NCBI GenBank assembly: GCA_965222035.1
Contig: OZ244940.1
Coordinates: 899,015 to 963,014, forward strand
Direction of reading: 5' to 3'
DNA length: 64,000 nt
From: Candidatus Amphirhobacter sp.
Lineage (GTDB): Bacteria; Pseudomonadota; Gammaproteobacteria; Tethybacterales; Tethybacteraceae
In this document: positions 1 through 9,284 of the stretch, in pieces
Layout: every line of letters starts with the position of its first letter
How positions within the stretch are numbered: position 1 is the stretch's first letter
The notes under the pieces: generated by a model
Told to the model about the DNA's origin: nothing
The model's input: the letters and a program-made list of their open reading frames with translations, nothing else
Database searches by the model: none
Translations under genes and position numbers: made by a program

Positions 1-298
1 GCCCAAGGACAAGGGCTTCAAGCTCGAGCTGCGGCTGTTCGGGTCCGAGGGCGTGCTCATCCTCGACATCGAGCACGAGCGCCTCGAGGTCCAGCGCCTC
101 GACGGCGAGCACGTCGCCAACCAGATGGAGCCCGGCGACGGCGCCTACGCCTGCGTCGAGCCCTACGCCAAGCTGGCGGCGTACTGCCGGGGCGACAGTC
201 CCGTCAACGATTCGCCAGCCAACGCCAACCGGCGCGTGGTCGAGATCCTCGATGCCATGTACCGGTCTTTCGCCAGCGGCGCCGCCGAGGAGGTCTGA
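1..298 (+). CDS. Gfo/Idh/MocA family oxidoreductase, C-terminal part (5' truncated by window edge)
   Basis: Frame open from window start (LELRLFGSEG...VVEILDAMYRS), typical C-terminus of the family; first gene of a sugar-catabolic operon. Confidence 0.7.
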   Translation, partial: PKDKGFKLELRLFGSEGVLILDIEHERLEVQRLDGEHVANQMEPGDGAYACVEPYAKLAAYCRGDSPVNDSPANANRRVVEILDAMYRSFASGAAEEV

Positions 299-302
299 AC
301 CC

Positions 303-1124
303 ATGAAACTCACCCTGACCACATGGTCCTTTCCCGCCTGCGACCTGAGCCAGGCGATTGCGCTCAGCCGCTCCCTCGACATCAACGCCGTCGACGTCGG
401 CTACTTCTACGCCTCCGCGCTCGACAAGGCCAAGGTGCTCAAGCAGCCGGAGGAAGAGGGCAAGAAGCTCGCCGGTCTGGGCATCGACACGCCCTGCCTG
501 TACCACCTGTTCGGCGACAGCCTGGCCGACCGCAACCAGGCCGATCCCAGCTCCCTCAAGGCCAACGCCGCCGACTTCAAGCAGGCAATGCTCTTTTGCA
601 AGGCGGCCGGCATCGGCACCGTCTTCATCCTGCCCGGCGTCGTCAATCCGGGCCAAAGCCGCTCCCAGGCGCTGCAGGTCTCGGCCGCCAGCCTCAAGGA
701 GATGCTGGCGATCGGCCAGGACGCCGGCGTGACCGTAACCACCGAGCCACACGTCCATTCCTATCTCGAGACCCCTACCCTGACGCTCGAGCTGCTGGAC
801 TTGGTGCCCGGCCTGAAGCTCACGCTGGACTACGCCCACTTCCTGTGCCTGGGCTACCGCCAGGAAGAGATCGACCCGCTCGCCCCGCATGCGGCCCACA
901 TGCATGTCCGCCAGGCAAGGCCGGGCTTCTTGCAGGCCAAGGGGGCCGAGGGCACCCTCAATGTCGGAGCCATGCTCGGGACCCTGCGGGACGCAGGCTT
1001 CGACGGCCACCTCGCCGTCGAGTTCGTGCACCAGAACTATATGGGTACGCTGTATGACGACGTGCTCACCGAGACCGTCGCCATGCGCGACGCTATGCGC
1101 GCATGGCTGCAAGGCAACCCATAG
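303..1124 (+). CDS. Sugar phosphate isomerase/epimerase (xylose isomerase-like TIM barrel)
   Basis: ATG at 303 just after upstream stop; metal-ligand motifs EPH, TLDYAH, HMHVRQ, AVEF. Confidence 0.8.
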   Translation: MKLTLTTWSFPACDLSQAIALSRSLDINAVDVGYFYASALDKAKVLKQPEEEGKKLAGLGIDTPCLYHLFGDSLADRNQADPSSLKANAADFKQAMLFCKAAGIGTVFILPGVVNPGQSRSQALQVSAASLKEMLAIGQDAGVTVTTEPHVHSYLETPTLTLELLDLVPGLKLTLDYAHFLCLGYRQEEIDPLAPHAAHMHVRQARPGFLQAKGAEGTLNVGAMLGTLRDAGFDGHLAVEFVHQNYMGTLYDDVLTETVAMRDAMRAWLQGNP

Positions 1125-1891
1125 CGCTGGTCACCGGCGCGGCCGGCGGCCTGGGCAAGGCCATCGCCGCGCGGCTCGCGCAGGACGGCTATCGCCTGCT
1201 GCTGCTCGACGCCGACGCCGGCGCGCTCGAGAGCACCGCTGCTGAGCTGCAGGCTGCAGCCAGCCGTACCGTGAACATCGCCGACGCCGACGCCGTCAAC
1301 AACGCGGTCGCGGAGCTCGAGGGCGAGGACGGCATCGACCTGCTCGTCAACAACGCCGGCATCCACACCCACAGCCTGCTGGTCGACACCAAGGACGAGC
1401 AGTGGCGCAAATTGTTCGACGTCAACGTCCACGGCACCTTTCACATGTGCCGGGCCGTCGGCCGCGGCATGATGCGCCGCAAAAGCGGGGCCATCATCAA
1501 CGTCATCACCCGGCTCGGCTTCGCCAATCCCTATTCGAGCGCCTACATGGCGACCAAGAGCGCGGTGTGGGGCTTCAGCCTCTGCCTCGCGATCGAAGCC
1601 GCCGCCTACGGCGTGCGCGTCAACTGCGTCGCGCCCGGACACGTCGGGCCGGGTACCGGCATGGAGAAGATGTTCCGCCTCAAGGCCGACCTGCTCGGCA
1701 TGAGCTGGGAGGACTTCGAGCGCTCGGTGCACCAGGCCATCCCCGCCGGCCGCTGGTGCCGGCCGGACGACGTGGCCGCAGCGGTGTCCTACCTGGCCTC
1801 GCCGGAGGCCTCCTTCGTACTCGGCGAGGTCCTGCATGTGACCGGCGGCTTCCAGAGCTACGCCCAGCGCCCGCCGGTGGAGGAACTGTGA
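1103..1891 (+). CDS. SDR family oxidoreductase
   Basis: TGAAGGLG Rossmann motif, NNAG, YMATK catalytic YxxxK. Confidence 0.9.
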   Translation: MAARQPIALVTGAAGGLGKAIAARLAQDGYRLLLLDADAGALESTAAELQAAASRTVNIADADAVNNAVAELEGEDGIDLLVNNAGIHTHSLLVDTKDEQWRKLFDVNVHGTFHMCRAVGRGMMRRKSGAIINVITRLGFANPYSSAYMATKSAVWGFSLCLAIEAAAYGVRVNCVAPGHVGPGTGMEKMFRLKADLLGMSWEDFERSVHQAIPAGRWCRPDDVAAAVSYLASPEASFVLGEVLHVTGGFQSYAQRPPVEEL

Positions 1892-2655
1892 GCGCCAAGC
1901 GCCTCGACCGCGCCGCCATCATGCGGCCGGGTTTCTCCACCCCCTGGGACGCGCCGCTGGTGCCCTCCTTCCCGTTCAGCTTCCGCGACGTGCGCGTCCT
2001 GACCGCCGCATGGCGCACCGACCCCGACGCCATCGCCGCGCAGCTGCCGCCGCCGCTCGAGCCGCTCGGCGACGTCGTCCTCGCGCACATCTACGACATG
2101 GGCGACGTCGACTGGCTCGGGCACTACCAGGAGAGCAACGTCATGATCGGCGCGCGCATGCCCGGCGGCAAGGTACGCGGCGGCTATTCGTGCTACTTGT
2201 TCCTCGCCGCCGACGGCGGCGTCGCCCACGGGCGCGAGATCCACGGCCAGCCGAAAAAAAGCGGCGCGCCGCGGCTGGAGTTCCGCGAGGACCTGATCGT
2301 CGGGTCCATCGCGCGCAACGGCATCGACGTGCTCACCGCCACCATGCCGTACAAGCAACAACGCGCCGCGCTCGCCGCGCTCAAGAAACTGCTGCCCTTC
2401 GACACCAACCTCGCGCTCAAGGCCGTCGACCACATCGACCACACGCCGGCGATCCGGCAGTTGACCGCCCGCAAACTCACCCAGGTCAAGGTGCATGAAT
2501 GCTGGCGCGGGCCCGGGACCGTCGAGCTGCGACCCAACGCCCAGGCGCCGCTGCACCGCCTGCCGGTGCTCGAGATGCTGGACAATTTCTACTGGCGGGC
2601 CGATTTCACCCTGGTGAAAGGACGCGTCATCTACAATTACCTCAAGGAGGAGTGA
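1888..2655 (+). CDS. Acetoacetate decarboxylase family protein
   Basis: GTG start overlapping upstream TGA; GREIHGQPKK Schiff-base lysine motif; C-terminal ADFTL. Confidence 0.8.
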   Translation: MSAKRLDRAAIMRPGFSTPWDAPLVPSFPFSFRDVRVLTAAWRTDPDAIAAQLPPPLEPLGDVVLAHIYDMGDVDWLGHYQESNVMIGARMPGGKVRGGYSCYLFLAADGGVAHGREIHGQPKKSGAPRLEFREDLIVGSIARNGIDVLTATMPYKQQRAALAALKKLLPFDTNLALKAVDHIDHTPAIRQLTARKLTQVKVHECWRGPGTVELRPNAQAPLHRLPVLEMLDNFYWRADFTLVKGRVIYNYLKEE

Positions 2656-2659
2656 CATC

Positions 2660-2977
2660 ATGAGCAAACACTACGCATGGGTGCTGGAAGTGCGCCCCGG
2701 CTACGAAGAGGAGTACAAAAAGCGCCACGACGAGATCTGGCCGGAGATGACTGCGGCGCTCAAGGAAGCCGGCATCAGCAACTACTCGATCTTCCGCCAC
2801 GGCCTGACGCTGTTCGGCTACTTCGAGACCGACGACCTCGACGCCACCATCAAGGCGCTCGGCGCCAGCGACGCCAACCGCCGCTGGGGCGAGGCCATGG
2901 CCCCGATCATGAAGATCGACATCGACACCCGGCGCAACTTCCCCTTCCTGCTGCCGCTGCAGTGGCACATGGACTAG
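2660..2977 (+). CDS. L-rhamnose mutarotase family protein
   Basis: EYKKRHDEIWPEM, NYSIF, LFGYFE motifs; AAGGAGG SD. Confidence 0.85.
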   Translation: MSKHYAWVLEVRPGYEEEYKKRHDEIWPEMTAALKEAGISNYSIFRHGLTLFGYFETDDLDATIKALGASDANRRWGEAMAPIMKIDIDTRRNFPFLLPLQWHMD

Positions 2978-2981
2978 GGCC

Positions 2982-4109
2982 ATGCGCGTCGCAAGCGTCA
3001 AGGCCCACATCGTACGCTATCCGGAGCCCAACGACCACAACAACGAGCGCATGACCGTCCTGGTCGCGGTCGAGGACGGCGACGGCGCCTGCGGCTGGGG
3101 CGAGGCCATCGCCATGTGGCCGGAAGCCTGCCACGCGGTCGCGACCGTCGTCAATGAAGGCCTCGCGCCGGTGGTTGCCGGCGGCGATCCGCGCGACATC
3201 GAAGGACACTGGCAGCGCATGCGCGCCCACAGCTGGTGGTACGGCGAGGGCGGCATCGCCTCGATGGCGCTGTCCGCCGTCGACATGGCGCTGTGGGACC
3301 TCAAGGGCAAGCTGCTCGGCGAACCGCTGTGGCGCCTGCTCGGCGGCCGCAGCCACGAGCGCCTGCCGGCATGCTCATGCCTGCACGTCAACAAGGAGAC
3401 CATCGAGGAGAACGTCGCTGAGATCGCCGGCCACATCGAGAACGGCTTTCGCGCGACCAAGCTCGGCTTCGGCAAGAAGGGCAAGTCCCGCGTCGGCGGC
3501 GATCCGGACTACGACGTCGAGTTCGTCCGCCAGGTGCGCGAAGCCATCGGCCCGCAGACGCCGCTGTATATCGATGTCGGCAACGGCGTCAAGTGGAGCA
3601 CCGGGACCGCGCTGTACGCCGCGCGCCGCATGGAGGAGATCGGCATCGACTGGATCGAGGAGCCGCTGTATCCCACCAACTGGGACGGCTACCGCGAGCT
3701 CAAGCGCCAGCTGCGGGTCCCCATCGCCTCCGGCGAGCGCGAGTTCACGGTGACCGGCTATGAGCGCCTGCTCGCGACCGGCGCCATCGACGTCTTCGGC
3801 ATCGATCCCGGCCGGGCCGAGGGCATCACCGGCTTCGTGCGCGCCGCAAGGCTGATCGAGGCCGCCGGCCGCATCGTCAACGCCCACGCCTGGAGCACCG
3901 CCATCACCTCTGCTGCATCATTGGCGCTGTCGGTGCACTGTCCCAACGCCATCGTCTTCGAGCTCAAGCCGCAGCCGAGCCCGATGCAGCACGAGCTGGT
4001 CGAAGAGCCGATCTGGCACAACGACGGCTGGGTCGCGCCGAACGACGAGCCCGGCCTGGGGCTCGAGCCCAAGCGCGCGGTGATCGAGAAGTACCTGGTC
4101 GGTACCTAG
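2982..4109 (+). CDS. Mandelate racemase/muconate lactonizing enzyme family (enolase superfamily, probable acid-sugar dehydratase)
   Basis: GWGE, DMALWDLKGK, WIEEP, ASGE, PGLG motifs. Confidence 0.9.
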   Translation: MRVASVKAHIVRYPEPNDHNNERMTVLVAVEDGDGACGWGEAIAMWPEACHAVATVVNEGLAPVVAGGDPRDIEGHWQRMRAHSWWYGEGGIASMALSAVDMALWDLKGKLLGEPLWRLLGGRSHERLPACSCLHVNKETIEENVAEIAGHIENGFRATKLGFGKKGKSRVGGDPDYDVEFVRQVREAIGPQTPLYIDVGNGVKWSTGTALYAARRMEEIGIDWIEEPLYPTNWDGYRELKRQLRVPIASGEREFTVTGYERLLATGAIDVFGIDPGRAEGITGFVRAARLIEAAGRIVNAHAWSTAITSAASLALSVHCPNAIVFELKPQPSPMQHELVEEPIWHNDGWVAPNDEPGLGLEPKRAVIEKYLVGT

Positions 4110-4116
4110 GCCGGCG
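4041..4116. repeat. Left copy of 76-bp direct repeat (3' end of enolase-family gene)
   Basis: Matches 6319-6394 at 73/76 positions. Confidence 0.95.
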
Positions 4117-4199
4117 TCGCGGCTAAAAACAAAGTCAACGCACAGAACCACCACAGCGCCATCGAGTTCGATTGCGAAGGTGGCAGCGGTAGCCAACAC

Positions 4200-4697
4200 T
4201 CATGCTGTTGCACTCTTGGTAATAGCGGCGAAAGCACTCTTGAATTTGGTTATTGGTAGCAGCAAGGCCGGCGTACGGGTAAGTTTGAATAGAGTACTAG
4301 TCCCCCTGGCCATTGGAGTTAGCTGCAGGTTTTTCAATTGGCTTATAGAGTAGAGATTGAAATAAATCTGTTCAGGCTTTATACCCAATACGCAGAGGAT
4401 GTCGTATTTAGTGTCATGGCGAATGCCATTGAACTGGAAATTTCCATCCACATCCTCCGAGGCCATTTTGACCTCGATTTTCTGGCCATCGATTATGAGG
4501 TCATATTCCCCAATCCTGCTGGGGGCAGGTTCAGCTTGCATCTTGTGCTGCTGAGCTAGCCACACGATGAAATCCTCCGCTATCTGACCTTTGCCTGTAG
4601 CAGACAAGAACTTGATATCTCTGAAGAGACCTGGTCCCCCTTTCTCGAGATCCTTGCGCTTGCGAATCAAATTCGCTAGATAACTCTCGGGTTTCAT
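4200..4697 (-). CDS. Putative PD-(D/E)XK restriction endonuclease, paralog 2
   Basis: KGQIAE...EYD...IEVK motif; downstream of MTase; 92/164 identical to 4759-5253. Confidence 0.7.
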   Translation of the reverse strand: MKPESYLANLIRKRKDLEKGGPGLFRDIKFLSATGKGQIAEDFIVWLAQQHKMQAEPAPSRIGEYDLIIDGQKIEVKMASEDVDGNFQFNGIRHDTKYDILCVLGIKPEQIYFNLYSISQLKNLQLTPMARGTSTLFKLTRTPALLLPITKFKSAFAAITKSATA

Positions 4698-4758
4698 ATT
4701 TCGAGCATTGATTTTAACCGAGCCGCATCATCAAAGATGTACAACTAAGAAAAGTCGG

Positions 4759-5253
4759 CTATTCCTTGGACTTCTCCAGTTTTACAAACATGCTTTTAAA
4801 CTCAGTAATAGGATACAGCGAATTTTTTGGCCGCGTGAGCTTGAATGAGGAATTAGTGGACTTGGCCATGCGTACCAGAGGAAGGTCGGTTAGAACATTT
4901 TTCGGATAGAGATTGAAATAAATCTCGTTGGGAGATATGCCTAGGACGCACAATATCTCGTATTTGGTGTCGTAGCGAACACCGTTGAACTGAAAATGTC
5001 CGTTCACATCTTCCGAGGCCATTTTGACCTCGAGTTTGCGCTCATTGACCATCACGTCAAATTCGCCAAGGCGGCTTCCGCTTGAATCCGCCTCCATGTG
5101 GTAATGCCTCGCAATCCACACAATAAAATCCTCGGCCAGCTGCCCCTTGTCAGTGGCCGACAGATTCTTCACATCCGCAAAGATGCCGCTGGCCCATTTG
5201 CCCGGTTTTTTATATTTCTGGATTAGATTCCCCAGATGTTCTTCAGGGCTCAT
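4759..5253 (-). CDS. Putative PD-(D/E)XK restriction endonuclease, paralog 1
   Basis: KGQLAE...EFD...LEVK motif; start overlaps MTase stop. Confidence 0.7.
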   Translation of the reverse strand: MSPEEHLGNLIQKYKKPGKWASGIFADVKNLSATDKGQLAEDFIVWIARHYHMEADSSGSRLGEFDVMVNERKLEVKMASEDVNGHFQFNGVRYDTKYEILCVLGISPNEIYFNLYPKNVLTDLPLVRMAKSTNSSFKLTRPKNSLYPITEFKSMFVKLEKSKE

Positions 5254-6287
5254 TTCTTATCCTTGAAGCCTGCCCCAATCACAGCATCTCGGATATGTCT
5301 CATGCGCAGGTGGCGGCAGTGATTCGTGGAACGTGATGAGAGAGCCATCCAGTTCGTTTTTCGCAAAGCAGCCAATACCTTTCTTTTCTGTTTTTTTATG
5401 ACGATTCCGTATCCCGATCCATATTTGACATCATCGAATTTAAAGACAATCTGGGGCGGATGGTTGTCGTAAAAGGAACTAGTGATGAAGCAATCATATT
5501 CATGCATGTGATCAAGGCCGCAGCGCCGATCCGGTGCGGTACATACGGTCCGTATATGAATAAAGCTATCGCAGGTATCCGGCCGCAAAGCCGCAGGTAC
5601 TTCCCGCGCGCCCCACACCTGGAAAACCGTGCAGATATCCCTATCTTGCTCGCCCACATAAAACGAGTTCGGTTCTAGCTCCATGGAGTGGAGTAGATTG
5701 AGGTTCTTGACTCGCGTCATCGCTCCGCCCTTGCCGTCGCTAGCGAAAGTCATCGGCAGAATGAAGCCTACTAGCTCAGCGAAGCGGCCGGCTCGGTTGA
5801 GGAACTCTAGCGCAAGAGCGCCGCGTATACCGAAGGGCGGGTTGCCTATGACGGCATAGGCCCCTTTTTTACGTGGTGACCACTTGAGGAAATCAGCCTG
5901 CTTAATACCTTTGCCTTGCGGGTCTATGTCGAGCGCGATACGGCGATTTGACGGCAGCAGCTCGGTGAAACAGCCTTCGCCAGCGCTGGGCTCGACGAAG
6001 ATGTGCCGATTCAGGTTGTAGCCGTGTTTCCGCGCTACTTCCTTGAACACCGCATAGCACTGGCTAGCTACCGCTTTATGGGTGAACCATTTATCACCCG
6101 GGTCCTTCTTGTTGATGGCGTACCACGGTGGTTCGCTACGGGGAATGGCCCCGCCCGCAAAAACCATCGCGTTTCCGATGGGTACTAATACCCCGGTGGG
6201 GTGAAGACCTGGCAGGAAGTCAGCGGATGCCATGCAACCGTTCTTCCTTCTGCTAACCCCTGGATTCCATTGCTCTAATTTTAGCAT
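5250..6287 (-). CDS. Amino (probably N6-adenine) DNA methyltransferase
   Basis: Motif I VEPSAGEG precedes motif IV GNPPF (gamma-like order); GAGGA upstream; exact start uncertain. Confidence 0.85.
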   Translation of the reverse strand: MLKLEQWNPGVSRRKNGCMASADFLPGLHPTGVLVPIGNAMVFAGGAIPRSEPPWYAINKKDPGDKWFTHKAVASQCYAVFKEVARKHGYNLNRHIFVEPSAGEGCFTELLPSNRRIALDIDPQGKGIKQADFLKWSPRKKGAYAVIGNPPFGIRGALALEFLNRAGRFAELVGFILPMTFASDGKGGAMTRVKNLNLLHSMELEPNSFYVGEQDRDICTVFQVWGAREVPAALRPDTCDSFIHIRTVCTAPDRRCGLDHMHEYDCFITSSFYDNHPPQIVFKFDDVKYGSGYGIVIKKQKRKVLAALRKTNWMALSSRSTNHCRHLRMRHIRDAVIGAGFKDKK

Positions 6288-6318
6288 GAATCATCGTCCT
6301 CGAAACCGGCAGTATGCT

Positions 6319-6394
6319 AACGACGAGCCCGGCCTGGGGCTCGAGCCCAAGCGCGCGGTGATCGAAAAGTACCTGGTCGGACCCTAGGCCGGCG
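6319..6394. repeat. Right copy of 76-bp direct repeat
   Basis: Matches 4041-4116; contains the stop codon of the convergent amidohydrolase gene. Confidence 0.95.
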
Positions 6395-7502
6395 CGCGGC
6401 GGGCCGCATCCTGCAGCGAAGCGCCGATGGCCGTGCGCCGCGGCTCGAACATCTTTTTCAGCCGCAGGCTGTTGCCCATGCTGTCATGGGCCTCGAGGTC
6501 GCAATCGACGCAGTCGAAGACCGTGAAGTCCGCGCGCGTACCCGTCTGCGCCGCGGCGTCCAGGCCGAGGAAGGCGCGCGGGCGCGCGGCCACCGCCGCG
6601 ACGCATTCATCGAAGGGCAGCCCGACCGCATGCAGCTTGGCCATGGTCGTCGCCATGTCATAGACCGGACCGTCGATGTTCTCGCGGTGCAGGTCAGTCG
6701 AGATCGAATAGGGCCGCAGGCCGTCGGCGAGCGCGCGCTTGGCCGTGTCGAAATGGAACGAGGCCGCGCCGTGGCCCACGTCCATCAAAATGCCGCGCTC
6801 GGCCGCCTGCTTGGCCAAGGCAAACACGCCGGGCGCGTCGGTCAAGGAGCCGGCCGGCTTGCCGTTGAAGCAGTGGGTGATCACGTCGCCGGGCTCGAGG
6901 ATCTCGAGCACCTCGTCGGGAATGGGAGGCGGCTCGCCGATGTGCGCCATCAGCGGCAGGCCCGCCATCTGGGCGACGCGCTTGGCCACCCGTACCGGAC
7001 CGGCGCCCCACGAACCGACGATGACGCCGCTGGCGCGGATCTTGACCCCGCAGACCACATCGCGGTTCTTCTCGATCACCTCTAGGGTACGACCCACATC
7101 GATGAAGCGGGCGTCGAGCAGTTCGGGGATGCGGTTGCAGCACACCAAACCGATCGAGGAGATGTTGACGAAGGCGCGCATGGTCTCGGCGCCCTCCTCG
7201 AGGACGTACTCGCGCAGGCCGTGGAAACTGCCCTCGCCGGCGCTGCCGGCGTCGGCCATGGCGGTCACGCCGGTGGCGCGGCCGGCGTCCTTGGCGCGGA
7301 CCGAGATGTCGGTGCCGCCGTGCCAGACATGCACGTGCAGGTCGGTCCAGCCCGGCGACAGCCAGCTGCCGCCGCAGTCGATGTCCTCGGCGCCGTCAGC
7401 CGGCCGCGCGGCGATCAGACCGTCGGCGTCGACATGGATGACATCACCTGGATCCTGCGCGAAGCCCGCAGGCTGGAAGTTGCGCAGGCTGTAGGCGCTC
7501 AC
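6384..7502 (-). CDS. Amidohydrolase/deacetylase family metallohydrolase (dihydroorotase-like)
   Basis: PGWTDLHVH, DAGSAG, DVGHG, SISTD motifs. Confidence 0.85.
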   Translation of the reverse strand: MSAYSLRNFQPAGFAQDPGDVIHVDADGLIAARPADGAEDIDCGGSWLSPGWTDLHVHVWHGGTDISVRAKDAGRATGVTAMADAGSAGEGSFHGLREYVLEEGAETMRAFVNISSIGLVCCNRIPELLDARFIDVGRTLEVIEKNRDVVCGVKIRASGVIVGSWGAGPVRVAKRVAQMAGLPLMAHIGEPPPIPDEVLEILEPGDVITHCFNGKPAGSLTDAPGVFALAKQAAERGILMDVGHGAASFHFDTAKRALADGLRPYSISTDLHRENIDGPVYDMATTMAKLHAVGLPFDECVAAVAARPRAFLGLDAAAQTGTRADFTVFDCVDCDLEAHDSMGNSLRLKKMFEPRRTAIGASLQDAARRAPA

Positions 7503-7963
7503 GGCCGCAGCGCGAAAATCGCCTCGATCTCGACCGTGATCCCGCCGGGCAGCGAGCCCATGCCGACCGCCGAGCGCGCGTGCGAGCCGATCTCCGGCCC
7601 GAAGACATGCACCAGCAGGTCCGAGCAGCCGTCGATCACCAGCGGATGCTTGCTGAAGTCCGGCGGGGCGTTGACCATGCCCAGCAGCTTGACCACCGCC
7701 GCGACACGGCCGAGCCCGCAGTACTCGTGTACGACCGCGAGGATGTTGAGCGCGGTCAGCTGCGCGCGGCGCCGGGCCTCGTCGAGGTCGACGTCGACGC
7801 CGACCTTGCCGCGCAGGCTCTTGCCGTCGGCATCGGTCGGGCCCTGGCCGGAGACATACAGCAGGTCGCCCACCTGCCGGGCCGGGACGTAGTTCGCTAC
7901 CGGCGCCGGCGCGCGCGGCGGCAACTGCAGTCCCAGCTCCTGGAGTTTGGCCTCATGGTCCAT
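7499..7963 (-). CDS. RidA (YjgF/YER057c/UK114) family protein
   Basis: PVANY, YVSGQ, HARSAVG, VEIE motifs; start set at MDHEAK. Confidence 0.9.
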   Translation of the reverse strand: MDHEAKLQELGLQLPPRAPAPVANYVPARQVGDLLYVSGQGPTDADGKSLRGKVGVDVDLDEARRRAQLTALNILAVVHEYCGLGRVAAVVKLLGMVNAPPDFSKHPLVIDGCSDLLVHVFGPEIGSHARSAVGMGSLPGGITVEIEAIFALRP

Positions 7964-8013
7964 ATCGCGGGAGTTGATTCTAACTACCGCCGCCAGTGTT
8001 TTAAAATCCACCC

Positions 8014-8499
8014 ATGGAGCGCGCCAATCCCTACGCCGGCGACGCGGACCGGGCCCAGCTGTGGGAAATGCTGGTCCGCCGCGATATCGAGGCCTATGTG
8101 CGGCAAGACTGGAGCATGGTCGCGGACGATTTCCTCCCCGAGCAGTTCTTCGGCTTCAGCGCGCGGCACAGCGGCGCGGTGGACAACTGGGGCATGGCCT
8201 ATCCCAGCCTGGCGGCCTACCGCGACGACTGGCTCGCCCAGGCGGCGGAATCCGCCGCGACCGCGGCCACCGATCAGCTGGCCGACGCCCTGCTCGAGCT
8301 GTCGACCTTGACCAGCATCGACATCACGGACGGCTGCGCGGTCGCGCGCAAGTGCTTCGACGGCACGGTCCCGCTGGCGGACGGCAGCCGCTCGGAGCCG
8401 CTCAAGTGGCAGACCCTCTACATCTGCCGCGCGACCGACAGCGGCTGGAAGATCCAGGGCTTCTTCGGCTACCTGCCCTATCCGCTCATCCAGCCATGA
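8014..8499 (+). CDS. Hypothetical protein, possible NTF2/SnoaL-like fold
   Basis: Starts the operon after a TAAAAT box; C-terminal GWKI.GF.GY resembles NTF2-like proteins. Confidence 0.6.
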   Translation: MERANPYAGDADRAQLWEMLVRRDIEAYVRQDWSMVADDFLPEQFFGFSARHSGAVDNWGMAYPSLAAYRDDWLAQAAESAATAATDQLADALLELSTLTSIDITDGCAVARKCFDGTVPLADGSRSEPLKWQTLYICRATDSGWKIQGFFGYLPYPLIQP

Positions 8500-9284
8500 C
8501 GGACCGGCAGCTCGAAGACCAGCACATCTTGGTGACCGGCGCGGCCGGCGGCATCGGCCAGGCGCTGTGCGCCGAGCTCGCCGCGCGCGGCGCGAGGGTG
8601 GCCGCGCTCGACCGCGACCAGCGCGGGCTCGAACGCCTGGCCAAGCAGCAGCACGGCCTTGAGCTCCTGCGCGCCGACCTGACTCAAGAACGCATGCTGG
8701 CGCGGAAGCTGGCCGCGCACGCCAAGCGCCACGGAGCGTTCGACGGCTTGGTGAGCAACGCCGCGGTCTTTTGCGACGTGCCCACCTTGGCGCGCACCAC
8801 TCCGGCGAGCTGGCAGCAGGAGATCGACGGCAACCTAACCGCCGCCTTCAACGTCGCCCGGGCGCTGCTGCCCGCGTGCCGGCGGAAGAAGCGCGGCAGC
8901 CTGGTCTTCATCGCCTCGGTCAACGCCCTGTCCTTCCTCGGGCATCCAGCCTACAGCGTCGCCAAGGCGGCGGTCGTCAGCTACGCCGGCGCGATCGCGG
9001 TCGAATACGGCAAGCACAACATCCGCAGCAACGTGCTGCTGCCGGGTACGGTGGCGACGCCGGCCTGGCGCAAGCGCCTGCGGCGCAATCCCAAGCTGCT
9101 CGAGCAGCTGCGCAAGTGGTACCCGCTCGGACGGGTGGTCGAACCCAATGAGGTCGCGCGCGCCGCATGCTTTTTGCTGTCGGATGACGCCGCCGCCGTC
9201 AGCGGCGCATGCCTCACCGTCGACTGCGGGCTGAGCGCCGGCATCAAGCCGATGGCGTCCGAGCTCACGCAGGCCGAGTTTTGA
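8496..9284 (+). CDS. SDR family oxidoreductase
   Basis: ATGA overlap; TGAAGGIG, YSVAK, YPLGR motifs. Confidence 0.9.
   Translation: MTDRQLEDQHILVTGAAGGIGQALCAELAARGARVAALDRDQRGLERLAKQQHGLELLRADLTQERMLARKLAAHAKRHGAFDGLVSNAAVFCDVPTLARTTPASWQQEIDGNLTAAFNVARALLPACRRKKRGSLVFIASVNALSFLGHPAYSVAKAAVVSYAGAIAVEYGKHNIRSNVLLPGTVATPAWRKRLRRNPKLLEQLRKWYPLGRVVEPNEVARAACFLLSDDAAAVSGACLTVDCGLSAGIKPMASELTQAEF

Larger units (their letters stand above)
4117..6318. mobile_element. Restriction-modification mini-island inserted with long target duplication
   Basis: Visibly lower GC than flanks; bounded by the 76-bp direct repeat; MTase plus two nucleases; no integrase. Confidence 0.75.
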
